DNA of 64,000 nucleotides from Phoronis australis (lineage: Eukaryota > Animalia > Phoronida). The notes beneath the pieces were generated by a model, which saw nothing but the letters and a program-made list of their open reading frames with translations, was not told the DNA's origin and searched no databases. The translations under genes and the position numbers were made by a program. This document shows, in pieces, positions 25,201 through 37,497 of this stretch; within the stretch, counting starts at the first letter, position 1, and each line of letters starts with the position of its first letter. The stretch is from assembly GCA_002633005.1 (NCBI GenBank), contig NMRA01000269.1, forward strand, positions 511,098 through 575,097. Reading direction: 5' to 3'.

Positions 25201-28200
25201 ACTGCATAAAAGGCGACTTAAAGCAACGGGGTTCATATATAATGTAGTAATAATGAAAGATTATCTGGATATGATTTTGAACATTAGCAACCAAGGACTT
25301 CAAATCATGATGACATTTCAAGGGAAATGTCCACCATTTTCAACCTACAACGAAGGATATGCATGCCAAAACATAACAGTGTTGAAACATTTCGTTGTGT
25401 TTAATTAAGCACTATCCATATTTCTTACCACAGATCATTTTCACACATTGAGGTCGGAATTTCATCTGCAGCGCTGATGACCTTTTCAAATGCATTGTGG
25501 GATGGTCATGGGTTTGTTAACATCCGCTGACATGGCAAGTAACCCGTTATTGAGTAACCTCACATTCTTGGACATCATGTTTAACTTCACCGTGATCTTT
25601 TTACGTGTACCTACCTCGAGTATATATTCCATGTATTTCGAGTCTCTCTTTTAATCTTTCACTTTTTGTTTGATGGATGTTTGGCCGTAATTGCACCAAA
25701 AACATGTACAGTGTATCCATGCTTTCCATTCCAGTGCCATTATATACATGTGACCCAAGTTATTTGTGATGTCGCCAGATGTTTACGAGCCGACAGCCAT
25801 CCCAGAATGCATTTGAAAAACGACAGTCGCGTCGTAGATGAAATCCCCCCGATTTTTGTTGAGAAACATTTCTAACATAGCGAGTGCTAAATAAGCAACA
25901 AATAAAAAACTTCACCTACAAATACAAACACAGAGCATTCACGTAAAGACGCAACAAATGTCACATTCAAACCTTCTTGCTTGGCTTTCGTTCCCTCTTC
26001 GCTTTAGCCTCCGCCCCGTCGCCATTAGATACCAGAATTTTATCACCATCACTCTCATCAACAGCGTCATTTTCTGGACTATCTTCCAATCTCTGTAACG
26101 TTGGAGATATCCAGCTATGATAATGATGTCAACTAGAGCACACACAAGAGCCCACACACGCTGCTTTTGTTCACGACATTAAACGTTGCTGTGTCAAACT
26201 TCATTGTGATTATTCAACTCCATTGAAAAAGAACCGCGTTTTCTTAGACACCACATGATAAGAGATTCGTGAAGCAATGGTTATGAGCAACGTCCCCCCC
26301 ACTGACTCACATTCCCTCATTGCTTTCTATAGAGACACTGATACATTACCTCAGGTGTTATAATGCCACACTTGAAAAGTGCATTTTGTTATATCTTGCG
26401 CGTAACTTAACATTTCTCCTCGTCGATTAGAGGGCAGTGCAACTAGGAGGCAACAATCTTACAGTCGCTATGGATACCTCATCAAAGCAATGGCAATTCT
26501 TTTATGTCTACTTTTTGAGTATATGACACATCATGAACCAAAAACACAAAGAAATGTGTTACCGGGCGAGACTTGGCGAGACTTGTGTCGCAGAATAGTT
26601 TTACAGTATCTTCGACTATGTAACAATATGGAGGACCGTTTTGACTCCTACGAAAAGAATTGCTTAAAATACATACAGGCAAAATAGTGCTTAATGTTCT
26701 GCACTGAAGTGGGACAGTGTCAAAGTCAATTAGAGGGCAATGTGAGTCAGTTGTTTTGTGCAATGAGTCACACTTGTCTTGTGGTCAGTTCCATTGTTAA
26801 ATAAAGGTTTGACATGGGCAAATCCCTGGGCACCAACCTAAGTTGTTCATGGGCACACTTTGTGTGTATCTCATCTTAGTATGAAAAAGCCCCATTCATA
26901 TGACCTACACTTAGTCAATTTCAATGATATGTGAATAATCACTAGATGACTGGACACAGCATCTGTACACAACAGACAGTAGAAAACACAACAATTTCGA
27001 GTCACAAAACACGATAGCACAGGTATCAAAACGACACCCAGTTGGTAATGCTACCATCAGCTCTAATCTGATATTTAACCACAGATGGACACCGAGGAGC
27101 ACTTGGTCCAATCGTCACAAAAACAAAACATGGGAGAGAAAAGGGGAGAACATTCATTTTCACGGACAGTTTAAAATTGTTGGACCCCAGTATGGTGAAT
27201 AAGATGACTGAAATTCAATTAAATCGATTTTTATGTTCTCAGATGACTGAAATTCAATTAAACCGATTTTTATGTTCTCATAGAAATGACTTATTATCTT
27301 TGATACGGGTACAAAATATCCCCTAAGTGTCTTTGCAGTCCCCTAAGTGTCATTGCAGTCCCCCAATTGTCCTTACAGTCCCACAAAAGTCCTTACAGTC
27401 CCCTAAGTGTACTTGCATTCCTCTAAGTGTCCTTGCAGTCCCCTAAGTGTCCTTGCAGTCCCCTAAGTGTCCTTGCAGTCCCCTAAGTGTCCTTGCATTC
27501 CCCTAAGTGTCCTTGCATTCCCCTAAGTGTCCTTGCAAACCCCTAAGTGTCCTTGCAGTCCCCTAAGTGTCCTTGCAGTCCCCTAAGTGTCCTTGCAGTT
27601 CCCCAAGTGTCTGTGCAGTCCCATAAGTGTCCTTCCAGTCCTCTAAGAGTAATTTCAGTTCTCTAAGTGTCTTTGCAGTCTCCTATGTGTCCTTGCAGTC
27701 CCGTAAGTGTCTTTGCAATCCCCTAAGTGTCCCTGCAGTCTCCCAACTGTCCTTGCAGTCCCCAACAATTGTGGGCCGTCTGACTAATTTTTTCCCCGAT
27801 TACTGTTACAGAACGCAAGAAAGTGCAGCTTTTGGGGTAAAAATCATGATTCATTCCAATGTATAATAAACAGAAAATTTCATTAAATTTGAATTTTAGC
27901 CTTATTTTTCACCAAACTCGGGTTCCACAACGGTAAGCAAAACTATCTCCAAGCAAGCGAGCACTATAGCACCTGTGAACACCATGAACCACGTACTGAT
28001 ACCCCTTTAAGGGGCAATGAATCTGCACCTTTTGTCTTCAGAAATTTTGATTCAGGTCACTTCTGTTATACAAAAGTATTCGCTACTCGAATTACAAATG
28101 ATTTCCCTAGGCGTGAGAAGAACCATGATGCCTATTGAGTTGGTTGTCACTGCGGGTTAGTTTCAGTGACTTGGGTGGTATGGCCGTCAGGGAAGTCAAG

Positions 28201-31200
28201 ACTTGTTGTAACCAATTTCAATTCAAACAAAGGACCCTATGACATTGCTTTGAACAGGGCTTGGAATGACCAATGACAAAAAAGGAAAATTTTCCAGGTG
28301 ATGAATCGTTCCACAAAAAACTGGGCTAGTGTGATAGAAATATTTTTTGTGACGTAAATTTCAAATTAAATAAACATTTTTTGCATGAATAAAGCCAAAA
28401 CAATGATAAAAAGAGACAAAACAGGAAACTGGAGATCAAATAAGAGGAAATCAAAACCAAAAAAGAGGAAATCATCTTAAAAGAGGAAAATTCCAAGCCT
28501 TGTTAGAGAGAACAAATACATTTGTGAAGATAAGTTATCTATTTTCTTCAGTGGTTGTGTACATTGTGGATTATGTAAACGACTGTATAGTCCAACTTCA
28601 CACTTGATGACCCGTCGATTTGAGCAAGAAAGTCGATGAGTAAAAGCGAGATTTCAAGTACTTGTTTTGCTCAGACATTTGATACATTTGCCTAAATCTA
28701 GGGGAGGGGGGGGAAGGGGTAATTGTCTCTCCTGAACCCAGGCTGGTATGCCTCTGTTTGCAACAGATAACTATCATATTGCCAGAAAATAGTTGTAACA
28801 CAAGTTGCCAGGATCATTTCTGACAGCAAATGGTGTTCATTGTATGCTTACAATTAGGAGCTCGTAAATTGCTATGACCCAAACCTGGAGTAATGACATT
28901 GTATATTTACAAATTTGTTTTTAATAACAATTCAAACATACTTCCTTTTATGATGGAAATTTGCAGTCTATTCAGTAATGGACAGATATGGTTGCCTACC
29001 AATATTTTTTTCCAGGGGAAATAACTCCCAAGGACTGGTGTCCACCACTGACAGAATTTGTAGAGAGTGGAGCTAGCAGTACTGCTTGATCTATTGACAA
29101 TCCTACCTGAGAGTTGGATGTGTCTATCTCCGCGTCTTTCGCGACAGGGTTTTTATTAATCTGTGCAAGTTCCTCAGCAATAGATGGCAGTTTGTTTTCT
29201 GAGGTTACGCTTCCCTGTCAACAACGAAGCGCACTAGCATTCATATCACTGAAAGCTTTTGGCCATTCATTGCTTTCTAGGTAACCGGTTCAGTTTATGC
29301 CGTTTACGCTACAAATAATTGTAACAAGAGCCCGAAACCCAGTCTCAGTCAAACTAAGACTTTTGTTTTCAACCAAACTCGAATCCAAGCTAGTGTTAAG
29401 CACGTGGCTGTCACACTGTTCTCTAGTGAAATGATTTCGAGTAGAAACATTCCAAGTCGGATTCCTGAGACAGGATCTCGGGCCCGAAACTAGTCTGGTG
29501 ATGTGCCAACGTTTCACAAATGGCAAGACGGCTAAATTAAGGATATGCAGGACCTTATCAACAAGTCTGTGTAATTAGGCAAATATCTGGTCTGCACGCC
29601 ACCTGTTGGTCATATCACGTGATTTAATGAACATAAGCTTGAAAAGATTTTTGCCACGACTGGGACTCCAATCTGGCACCTTCTGCTAACTGTGGACGAA
29701 CACGGAAATCCAGTCAGACTCAGCAATGGGCTCCCCGCTCATAAACTTATACGTAAATCTTGAGCCCGTGTGGAAATATACATTGCGAGCATGTTTAAGC
29801 CTGGTCTGCAGAAACCTGTCGGGGCAGAAATCTTTTCAGACTTATGTTCATTAGGCCACGTGATGTGACCAACAGGTGGCGAGCAGACCAGACTTAAAAA
29901 TGCATGCAATCTACAAAACTATGATAAACATATTTTCAGAAATTAGAAACCTGTAGAATTTGATCAACTTTTTACCCGTCTGTTAGCATTTACCAAAACA
30001 GAAAGGTACATTTATAGCGAAACAAGGGTATCAATAGCAGGATGAAATTGCAAAAATGGTTTGACAGATTTCTCAAGTATAATAATTGTTTTCGTTTTAT
30101 GTAATTTCAGATTTTTTTTGTGAAAACTACAAATGCACAATTTATATAGCTGTTCATGCAAAAGTGGAACATTTAAAAAAAAATTACCAACAGCGATTTA
30201 GAGAACAGTGCATATCTGAAACTTCCACGTGAGTCCGATCAGCTATTTCCGAGACACAATGTTCCACAGTTAGCCAAATCTGGACTTTATCTAAGGTCCT
30301 ACATAGCCTTAAATACGTGAAATCTTTCCAAAAGGGAAGGTATAAAATAAAGAAAAAGACACCGGACGGCCAACTAAAGAACACAACAAATATAACTCAC
30401 ACAGAAAACAACAAGCATTAACCTTTAGCAGATATCGGGAAACGCTGTATACGTAATACGTAATGGATTGTGGGATATCGAGCCAGAGGAAACCCATAAA
30501 ATGTCCTGTCACTAGATGGCGGGACGACTGCATAAATTTCTGCTCAAGGATGACCATTCGTCTGTTTTTGTTTCCGTTTATCCGTAAAAAGGTTCATGGG
30601 AAGACGGAGATGTTAACAGATGACAACACATATTCAAACGATAAATTCAGGGGGGTACCACTGATAAAACTTGCTTGACAAAGCCTAGGATTCAAACATG
30701 ACAAGCAAAATGATACAAACCAGAATGTTATAAAATTTGCAAATCCGTTACTACATATATATCAATATACAGAACTGAAGTCAACATACAAAGACAGCTA
30801 GCATGACTTCATGTACTAAAAGAACTTGACAACATTCCTCAATTTTTTAATATTTCAATTTGTACTTTGATAGTTTTCAACATGTTTTCGTTTCAAAATG
30901 AATGCTCGATCAGTCATCCACACAAAATGCAATGTTCCTCAAATTGTGCAACTTCACGAGTTGCAATTCTAAAAGAGAGAATACGTGAAATTCCTTCAAA
31001 CTCGCCACAAGCGCTCCTCTCCGTTTCACAGTGTCACTTCAGTAGTCAGTTGACATATACACCTGGGTTCTGCACACGTTTCCCATGCATTGATGATTGT
31101 GATGCTTCACAAAAAATCCAGTCTCGAAATAACGCAAGTTGACATGGTAACACTGCGGAACGGAACTAATAGGTGTTGACGTTGGTTTGATAACAGGGCT

Positions 31201-34200
31201 TGGAATGACTAATGACAAAAACGCGGAAACTTTTACGGCCCAAACCATGCGCGTTACCCAGCCTTGAAATGGTCGATGTAAACCTTTCCCCGACAAAAAT
31301 CGGGGACTATTTATCGCCGCGGTTTACAATAACACGAGACGCCATTGAAAATCCCACCACGCTTACCCAGATGCCCCGGCAATGTTGACAATTTACGTTC
31401 CTCCGAAACATAAAGAGCAACTTCCGATTTTCGAGGTGAACGTCGTCTGCAACGCCGCGGTAAGAAAGGAATTTGCCGCGGAAATTTTATATAAAATCCA
31501 ATTTTTTTTACGCGGAAATATAATAAAATGCGTGGACATTTGAAAAAAGCGGAAATCCGCGTTTCCGCGGAAAATTCCAAGCCCTGTGATAAACCGTTTC
31601 ATTTTTATTCCGCCTTACTTTAAAGTTGGCTACTTTTGACCTGCCAAACCAGCAGTCCATACAGCTCATCACAGCAAAATTTAAAAAAGATTTCAAGAGA
31701 TTGACAGATTAACCCCCGACAACTACTTTATTGCTTACAGTCTAGTTCATCTAGATCCAAATGCAGCAGTTGAAAATGTTGTTTCTTTGGAAAACCTGGT
31801 AGAGTGGTAAAAAATAATGTTGGACGCCTGGTGAGAGTGTGCCTGTAAACTGTGATCTTAGTGTCTGTTACCTGTTACAACATAGTTATGCCACTGTCGC
31901 AAAGATGTGTTGCCATACGTCAGATAATTGTTTGCATGAGTGTCAGACCGGCATTTGCTCAGTGAAATGGACCACAGAAACAAGATGCTGGAAACTGAAT
32001 GGTGCATGCAAGAGACCAAATGAACAAAAAAAAATCCAGGACAACCGACGAATAGCATTTTCAGTAAACCCAAGATTTTGAAATGTTGCCTTTCCTTTTG
32101 AGTGGAGTTTGTGTCATACTCTGACTCACTTTGACTGAAATGTTGACTCCGATTTAGTGATGACCACAGCAGTACAGTATGCGCCATAAGCATTTAGACA
32201 AAATGACACAGAATTCCCCCATGGTGGCTGGGCGGAAGTCAAACGATAGGCAGAGTAGCCTTCCCTTGTGGAAGAGAATAAAGGGGAAGGGAAGTAAGAG
32301 ACGTGGCTAAGCCACACTGTAATTAAAATTTTGAAGCCATAATGGTTATTGCCAGCCATTTTTGCTGTTAACAGAATCAGTGGTCAAGATGGCGAAAACA
32401 GGAATTTTGTCGGATTGCTTTTGTCGTGTACTGAATCTAGAGACTGAACTTGAGATGGAATCCCAGGCCAATTGTCAGACTCGAAGAAAACTTTTGAAGT
32501 GTACGCATATCTACCTCAGACTCCTCAGAAGGTGGCGCCGGTGCAGGCCTCAGTTGGAAGGCCTCCTCACACTTGTCACAAGCTTTCTGGAATCCCTGAG
32601 GTACTCGCTTGGTCGGAATGAACTTGGACTTGTCACCAGGATATTCCCAGATCATGTCATGGGGAATCCACGCACTGTGAACAGAGGTTCAATTAGAAAA
32701 GGCAAATCCATGCACTGTGAACAGTTTCAATTAGGAAACTGACTCCCTCTGTTAAAATGTAGTTCCGAGATGAGCTAAGTATAACAGGGATTGCTTTGAA
32801 CAAGGCACTTAGTGTGACTTTAGCGTAATCACACAAGATCAAACAAATGTAATGCAAGATGCTGATAATGTTTTGTGAGTAAGCACTCTTTTGGGATTGG
32901 AATGCCCAATGACAAAACAAGAGGAAACATTTTCAGGTGATGCATTGTTCCACAAATAAATACGCTTGTGTGATAGAAATATATTTCCGTGTTGTAGAAT
33001 TTAACTGAAATAAATATTTTTGTATGAGTAAAGTTAAAAAATGACAAACACAGACGAAAAAAGAGGAAACTGGAAATCAAATAAGAGGAAATCGAAATCA
33101 AAAAAGAGAAAATCCTCTTACAAGAGGAAAATTCCAAGCCCTGCCTCTTACTAATGCGCACAAACAAAATGGCAGCCAATGAGAATCATTGGATGGCTAT
33201 TGCAAAATGCTATGTAAACTCAAAATTTCTTGCCCAACATGTATCTCATGAATATCCAATGCAAGGCCCTCGCACAACTGTGGGAAAGGTGCCAGTGACT
33301 TTTTTGAACGAGGGGAAATCTATGGTCACCAAGTCCCCTTGATCACTGCCAATTCCGTCCATCCCCTAGAAAGGTCACCAACCCTTGTCGCCCGCTGCTC
33401 AAAGTTGCCAAAACTAACATTTGCAATAAACTAAACCAGACAGTGTTCTTTCACAGCAAATCATGACTGTCAACATGGTGAACTCCTGGTGAAGTTTGGA
33501 CATTTTTTCAGTTGTCTTCTGATGTTGACGTTCTGCGTGAATTGAAGTGATTCTAACCTTGGGTAGAATTTTCATTTGAGGGGAGTTTTATTCCTGCAGA
33601 GGAGAATTTCATGTGATTTCAAAATATTTTTTTCATCAGAGAGGAATGAGGCAGCTATTCACCACCAATATCAAAGAATCGAGGGCCCTACAACCTTACT
33701 GAACCTGTTCCTGATGTTGATGGACAAAATGAAACTGGAATCCACTCATAACAACTATATTATAATGGTGTTGACCGGAGCAGGGTATTTGCCCCTCATT
33801 CGAAAAAATTATCACCAGAAGGCACCTGCACTTTTCCCTTAAGTGAGGGAAGGCCCTGCTAATGTATGTAAACATCAGCATTAGACCCTTGAGTGGTATT
33901 TCTAGCACTTCAAATCAGTTTTAATGAGGAAATAAGCTGCAATGATTTCGTTATTAGTATAAAAATTAAAGTGAATGAAATCTATTATATGAGATTGCTG
34001 TCAATTTCTTAGATACCAAAATAAATCTAAGGACATACAAATAAATAATTTTGCTGATTTTTCGTCACTTTCACTGACCAGTATACAAGCTACTCATTGC
34101 ATAGCTTACTTAAAAAACGTCACATAAACAGCAGACATGGTTATACACAACAACACTTTCAAATCCCCTCTAGTATTGTTCAATTTCTCATCAGTGAGCG

Positions 34201-37200
34201 ACACACCAGTATACCAAAACACCAGGTTTTCATACTTTACATCTGGCCACGTTCCCTTTTAAAGGGAAACGTTACAGTTTAGGGCATCTGGTCAATTTGG
34301 AATACTTAACTTCCCCATAACAGGCATTTAGAACCTTCTTTTAAACATGAAACTAATAAGAACAACAATTCCGCAAAATAGAAGTGTGACAGAGTGAATA
34401 AGATTCTAAAATGTCAGCCGTATTGAGTAACCTCTCTTTTTCATTCGCACAGCATTGCTCAATGGCTGAGAGTACAGTAGAATTTCTTCAGATTAGAAAA
34501 CAATATGGTGAAACAGTAAAAGGTTATAGACCAGAATTTTCAACAAGAGTAAACTAGAGGACAATTTTATTTGATTATTTGAAAACTTGATATAGTACGG
34601 CTGTCATCGACAAACACACAATGAAATTTTAAACATTTTGGCAACACAGTGAGCACCTGAAAAATGAAAAAATGTCAAGTTTGGCCATTATTCTTGTTCA
34701 CACTGTAGGAAACTTTACCTAAGCTCAATATCAGCTGCATACCAGGTACATACAATCTTCCATTTGAATTTAAAGCAGTGAGGTCAGAAACAGGTAATAA
34801 AATTAAGTCAATCACAGTGGCAGATCTACATTTTCAGTAAGGGGGGGTTTAGGATTCAAGCGAATCCCAGGCGCATAGCGCCGAGTGTAGGGAAGGTCAG
34901 GAGGGGGTTTTCCCCTCCCGTGTAAGATTTTTTTTGTGGTTTTTAGTAGCTGATTTCGTTTTTCTGGTGAAATTTTTTTCAATTTTCATTTTTGATCCTG
35001 TCCCAAGGGGGGGTTTCAACCCCCAGTAGATCCGCCTCTGAATCAAACACATAATTCCTGCATTGCGTGGTTTCCAATCTCATGAACTGTAGTTGCTATT
35101 AATTTCTTTTAAATAAAAGTTGACTGGACAGTTACAAAATATTCAGAGTACGTACACCCAATTGACCAAAACCACCTTCAAAAAAAGTAGCATTCCCTCC
35201 TCAGATATGCCTATAGTTCCACCAAAACAACATTAGCTGGACAGTACTTACTAATTCTCCGAGCCGAAGAAGAAAATAAATTCATAAGGTTTCTTGTCTT
35301 TTGGTCTTTTAACCTCTGGCTTGGGCTCAATCACCTAAAATAGGAACACACCTTAACGCCAATCCACAAATTCTGCCAATCTTAATTTTTTAACATTTAG
35401 AAAACCGAAACAAAGTATATCACTGAATCAATGGAGGTAAATCGTCACAGGACTGAATAGCTGTTTTCCTACAGTGCCCGTAATGAATTATTTCATGTCG
35501 TTAGATGACAATGCAGTAGCTGGCGTACAGCATTCAACAGTGTTGAATGAGGATTCAATGCTGTGAGATTTCCAAGTTAATTTTTGCAAATTCTTTGCGA
35601 CCGGCATGGTGTCAAATAACCATTCTCGTGTGATGGTATATTCAAGTAAAACACACAAAAATGTTCATCGTCTTATCATGTCCACGAATGAAAGAAATTG
35701 CACGTTGCCTCTTGACTACTCTGGTTATCTAACATACCACAATTTGAAATTGGGTCAAGCGACAATTACTTTCATGCTCTCACAATGTTAAAGAGTTACA
35801 TGTCAAATGTTTGAAAGTTCAACCGCGGATACTAAGCCGAACAAACAACCCTGTGACTTCATGATTCAAATGGTGCGCCGAGGCCTCGTCTAGCTTCAAA
35901 TACAACAATTAAGACCTTCAACACTAAGATCACACAATACATACCAGGCTCAGATTTGATTTAGTCTTAGTAATTGATCTAGGCAATGACCATCGCCTCT
36001 GTTGGCCTGAACCAGAGGCGATGCAGAGCCTATAGGCGCTCTGTACGCCGGAAGCTTTTCGGCGAATTATGCCTCGCACCAACTAAACCATCAGAGTCAC
36101 GTTGTTATAAATACCTTTTGCGCATAGAGGAACACCTTAGGAGGTTGTCGATGTGTTTAATTCCTTCCAACTCGAACAAATACTCCCATTATCAAACTTT
36201 TTCTTCGAGCAGTCCCTATTTCAGTTCCCAAAATCGTGAACTCACCATTTTTATACTGCGCACGCTCCAATTTTTACCGCGCTTGCTAGGTGATGTGACT
36301 TCATGACCTCAATCTTTAAATAGGCCAAAGGTGAGCCATTGCGGTCTTGTCAGTCAAATGTTCGGTCCATAATGCCACCACTTATACTTGTCTTTAATTG
36401 GCGTTACTTGAAACCNNNNGGCAGGAACTTCAGCTTTCAAAGTTCGCCGGTAGGTCCGCAACTTCTGACCTTCGGCCTGGTTAAAAAAATGAAAATGTTG
36501 ATTTCACGATTTTAGGAACTGAAATAGGGACTGCTCGAAGAAAAAGTTTCATAACGGGAGTATTTGTTCGAGTTGGAAGGAATTAAACACATCGACAACC
36601 TCCTAAGGTGTTCCTCTATGCGCAAAAGGTATTTATAACCATGTGACTTTGATGGTTTAGTCGGTGCGAGGCATAATTCGCCGAAAAGCTTCCGGCGTAC
36701 AGAGCGCCTATAGCCTCTGCATCGCCTCTGGTTCGGGCCAACAGAGGCGATGGTCATTGCCTATAATTGATCAAGACACAGCAGCATCTAATAAAGACAC
36801 CAATCTCCAAAGAGTAAGTTTCCTCTAAACACAAGAGATTTACAAGATAGAGTGACTTCACTTTGCTTACAAGCAGCACCAAATCCTCTCGCTTACAGGG
36901 GGGATTAGGGAAGGGCTTGGGGACACCAGACGCCAGTTTCTCGAAGACTCTAAGTTTGCGGGTATATAGCTGACAGTAGATTTTTTCATCTTTTGACTAG
37001 TCCGTCAACTCTGCTCCTATGCAGGCTTCCAGTTGTAAACAAATTTTTTGACTTTTAGCCTTACCCTGTTTTCGTTAAACAGGGTAAGAATCGTAAGATG
37101 TTTGTAAACGAAATTTTAGCCAAAAGACAATTAACCATAAAATAGTTAATGTTAATGAAAAGCCATCACAAACACGGATGCGCCACTTTACTTTCAAGTC

Positions 37201-37497
37201 AGAATACAATATCCCTGACCACCGTTTTTTATCGTGAACTTGTCACACTGGAATGCTGCAGTCGATGACCAGGGTCATTCATCAACTTCGCCTTCGGACT
37301 AATCATAAATCGCCGGCGTATGTACTTTACCTTCCCAGGCCAAGCAGAGAAGCCTTTTAATTTTGCCCTGCAATGAGAAATTGAGAAGGGTGAAAAAATG
37401 TATGCAGGAATGTTATTTCCTAAAAGATCGCAAAACAATCAACGAAACGTAAAGAATATTACCAAACAAAGTCGCCAACTTGATAGGTAGCAGCCAT
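17160..37497 (-). CDS. GLYR1: GLYR1/N-PAC (NP60) homologue, 5' part: PWWP domain, linker and start of 6PGD/3-hydroxyisobutyrate dehydrogenase-like domain; multi-exon, 3' exons not in window
   Basis: Manually spliced exons 37497-37463, 37367-37331, 35334-35252, 32674-32515, 29214-29107, 26092-25973, 21614-21564, 20149-20027 and 17348-17160 are all GT-AG with consistent phases (906 nt, 302 aa). Translation MAATYQVGDFVWAKLKGFSAWPGKVIEP...FFFGSENYAWI (PWWP) ... [34 protein letters not shown] (GxGxxG Rossmann). PWWP plus this dehydrogenase is the GLYR1 architecture. Confidence 0.93.
20027..20149 (-). CDS. GLYR1: GLYR1 linker exon, Lys/Arg-rich NLS-like (KEESEKEKRPRKRE...TPKKAR)
   Basis: 123-nt phase-0 exon, tttttag acceptor, gtaaga donor. 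Confidence 0.75.
20481..20643. mobile_element. Short GGCGGATCC-type element (second copy)
   Basis: Homologous to 9094-9248; ends aaatccgccactg. Confidence 0.65.
21314..21406 (+). repeat. 31-bp tandem repeat x3
   Basis: gagttgcggcgctggttggaaagcagcatta units. Confidence 0.85.
21564..21614 (-). CDS. GLYR1: GLYR1 linker exon (IQESLDSDDLPLIPKKK)
   Basis: 51-nt phase-0 exon, tttcag acceptor, gttggt donor. Confidence 0.6.
22161..22262 (+). repeat. 41-bp tandem repeat x2.5
   Basis: aaatgttaacaca.gtacat.tagggagata units. Confidence 0.75.
23790..24900. repeat. Related degenerate subunit repeat array ending in GACA-type microsatellite-like tails
   Basis: gccactagagggtgctg, aagtttcattgaa, aaatttcatcaaaat and ggacaacaggat motifs. 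Confidence 0.55.
25973..26092 (-). CDS. GLYR1: GLYR1 linker exon (RLEDSPENDAVDESDG...KRERKPSKK)
   Basis: 120-nt open phase-0 exon with acidic then basic composition, ttacag acceptor, gtttga donor. Confidence 0.6.
27177..27930. mobile_element. Putative foldback/MITE with degenerate ~100-bp TIRs and an internal minisatellite
   Basis: Left ttgttggaccccagtatggtgaataagatgactgaaattcaattaaat matches the reverse complement of right ...ttaaatttgaattttagccttatttttcaccaaactcgggttccacaa. Confidence 0.55.
27319..27765 (+). repeat. 20-bp minisatellite (CCCTAAGTGTCCTTGCAGTC)n, ~22 copies
   Basis: Directly visible head-to-tail array with no spacers. Confidence 0.97.
28255..28502. mobile_element. MITE, same CAGGGCTTGGAAT family
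   Basis: Same termini; interior similar to 32893-33143. Confidence 0.75.
29107..29214 (-). CDS. GLYR1: GLYR1 linker exon (GSVTSENKLPSIAEELAQ...SNSQ)
   Basis: 108-nt open phase-0 exon, ttgacag acceptor, gtagga donor. Confidence 0.65.
29586..29892. mobile_element. MITE-like element with ~75-bp TIRs
   Basis: tctggtctgcacgccacctgttggtcatatcacgtg...aatgaacataag...gaaaagattt is mirrored by aaatcttttc...cttatgttcatt...cacgtgatgtgaccaacaggtggcgagcagaccaga. Confidence 0.8.
31194..31586. mobile_element. MITE, TIR CAGGGCTTGGAAT
   Basis: cagggcttggaat...attccaagccctg, flanked by TGATAA on both sides. Confidence 0.8.
32515..32674 (-). CDS. GLYR1: GLYR1 exon 4 (AWIPHDMIWEYPGDKSKF...APPSEESE)
   Basis: tcacag acceptor completes the split Tyr codon; AWI motif and C-terminal PWWP helices; donor gtagat is weaker. 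Confidence 0.82.
32893..33143. mobile_element. MITE, same CAGGGCTTGGAAT family
   Basis: Dispersed copy of 28255-28502. Confidence 0.72.
34815..35040. mobile_element. Short MITE, cagtggcagatctac...gtagatccgcctctg
   Basis: 15-bp TIRs with G-run-rich interior. Confidence 0.55.
35252..35334 (-). CDS. GLYR1: GLYR1 exon 3 (VIEPKPEVKRPKDKKPYEFIFFFGSENY)
   Basis: ttttag acceptor, gtaagt donor, PWWP FFG motif. Confidence 0.9.
35980..36763. mobile_element. Non-autonomous Mutator-like (MULE)/foldback element with ~260-bp TIRs and 9-bp TSD
   Basis: 35980-~36250 is a near-perfect reverse complement of ~36495-36763; TAATTGATC flanks both ends (35971-35979, 36764-36772); NNN gap inside. Confidence 0.88.
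37331..37367 (-). CDS. GLYR1: GLYR1 exon 2 (AKLKGFSAWPGK)
   Basis: ttgcag acceptor, gtaaag donor, PWWP core motif read as SAWP. Confidence 0.92.
37463..37497 (-). CDS. GLYR1: GLYR1 coding exon 1 (MAATYQVGDFVW)
   Basis: aacATGG start context, PWWP N-terminus GD(F/L)VW, GT donor at 37462-37461. Confidence 0.9.

Noticed and set aside
27319-27765. CRISPR-like array
   Set aside because: Head-to-tail 20-bp units with no unique spacers, no cas genes and a eukaryotic context
28598-28700. Possible extra GLYR1 exon (SRFYSSTFLLKST, faintly like the LSD2-activating peptide)
   Set aside because: No phase-compatible donor, weak similarity and wrong position in the linker
35986-36757. Pair of near-identical small ORFs (106 aa +, 81 aa -)
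   Set aside because: They are translations of the two TIR arms and show no protein-like features
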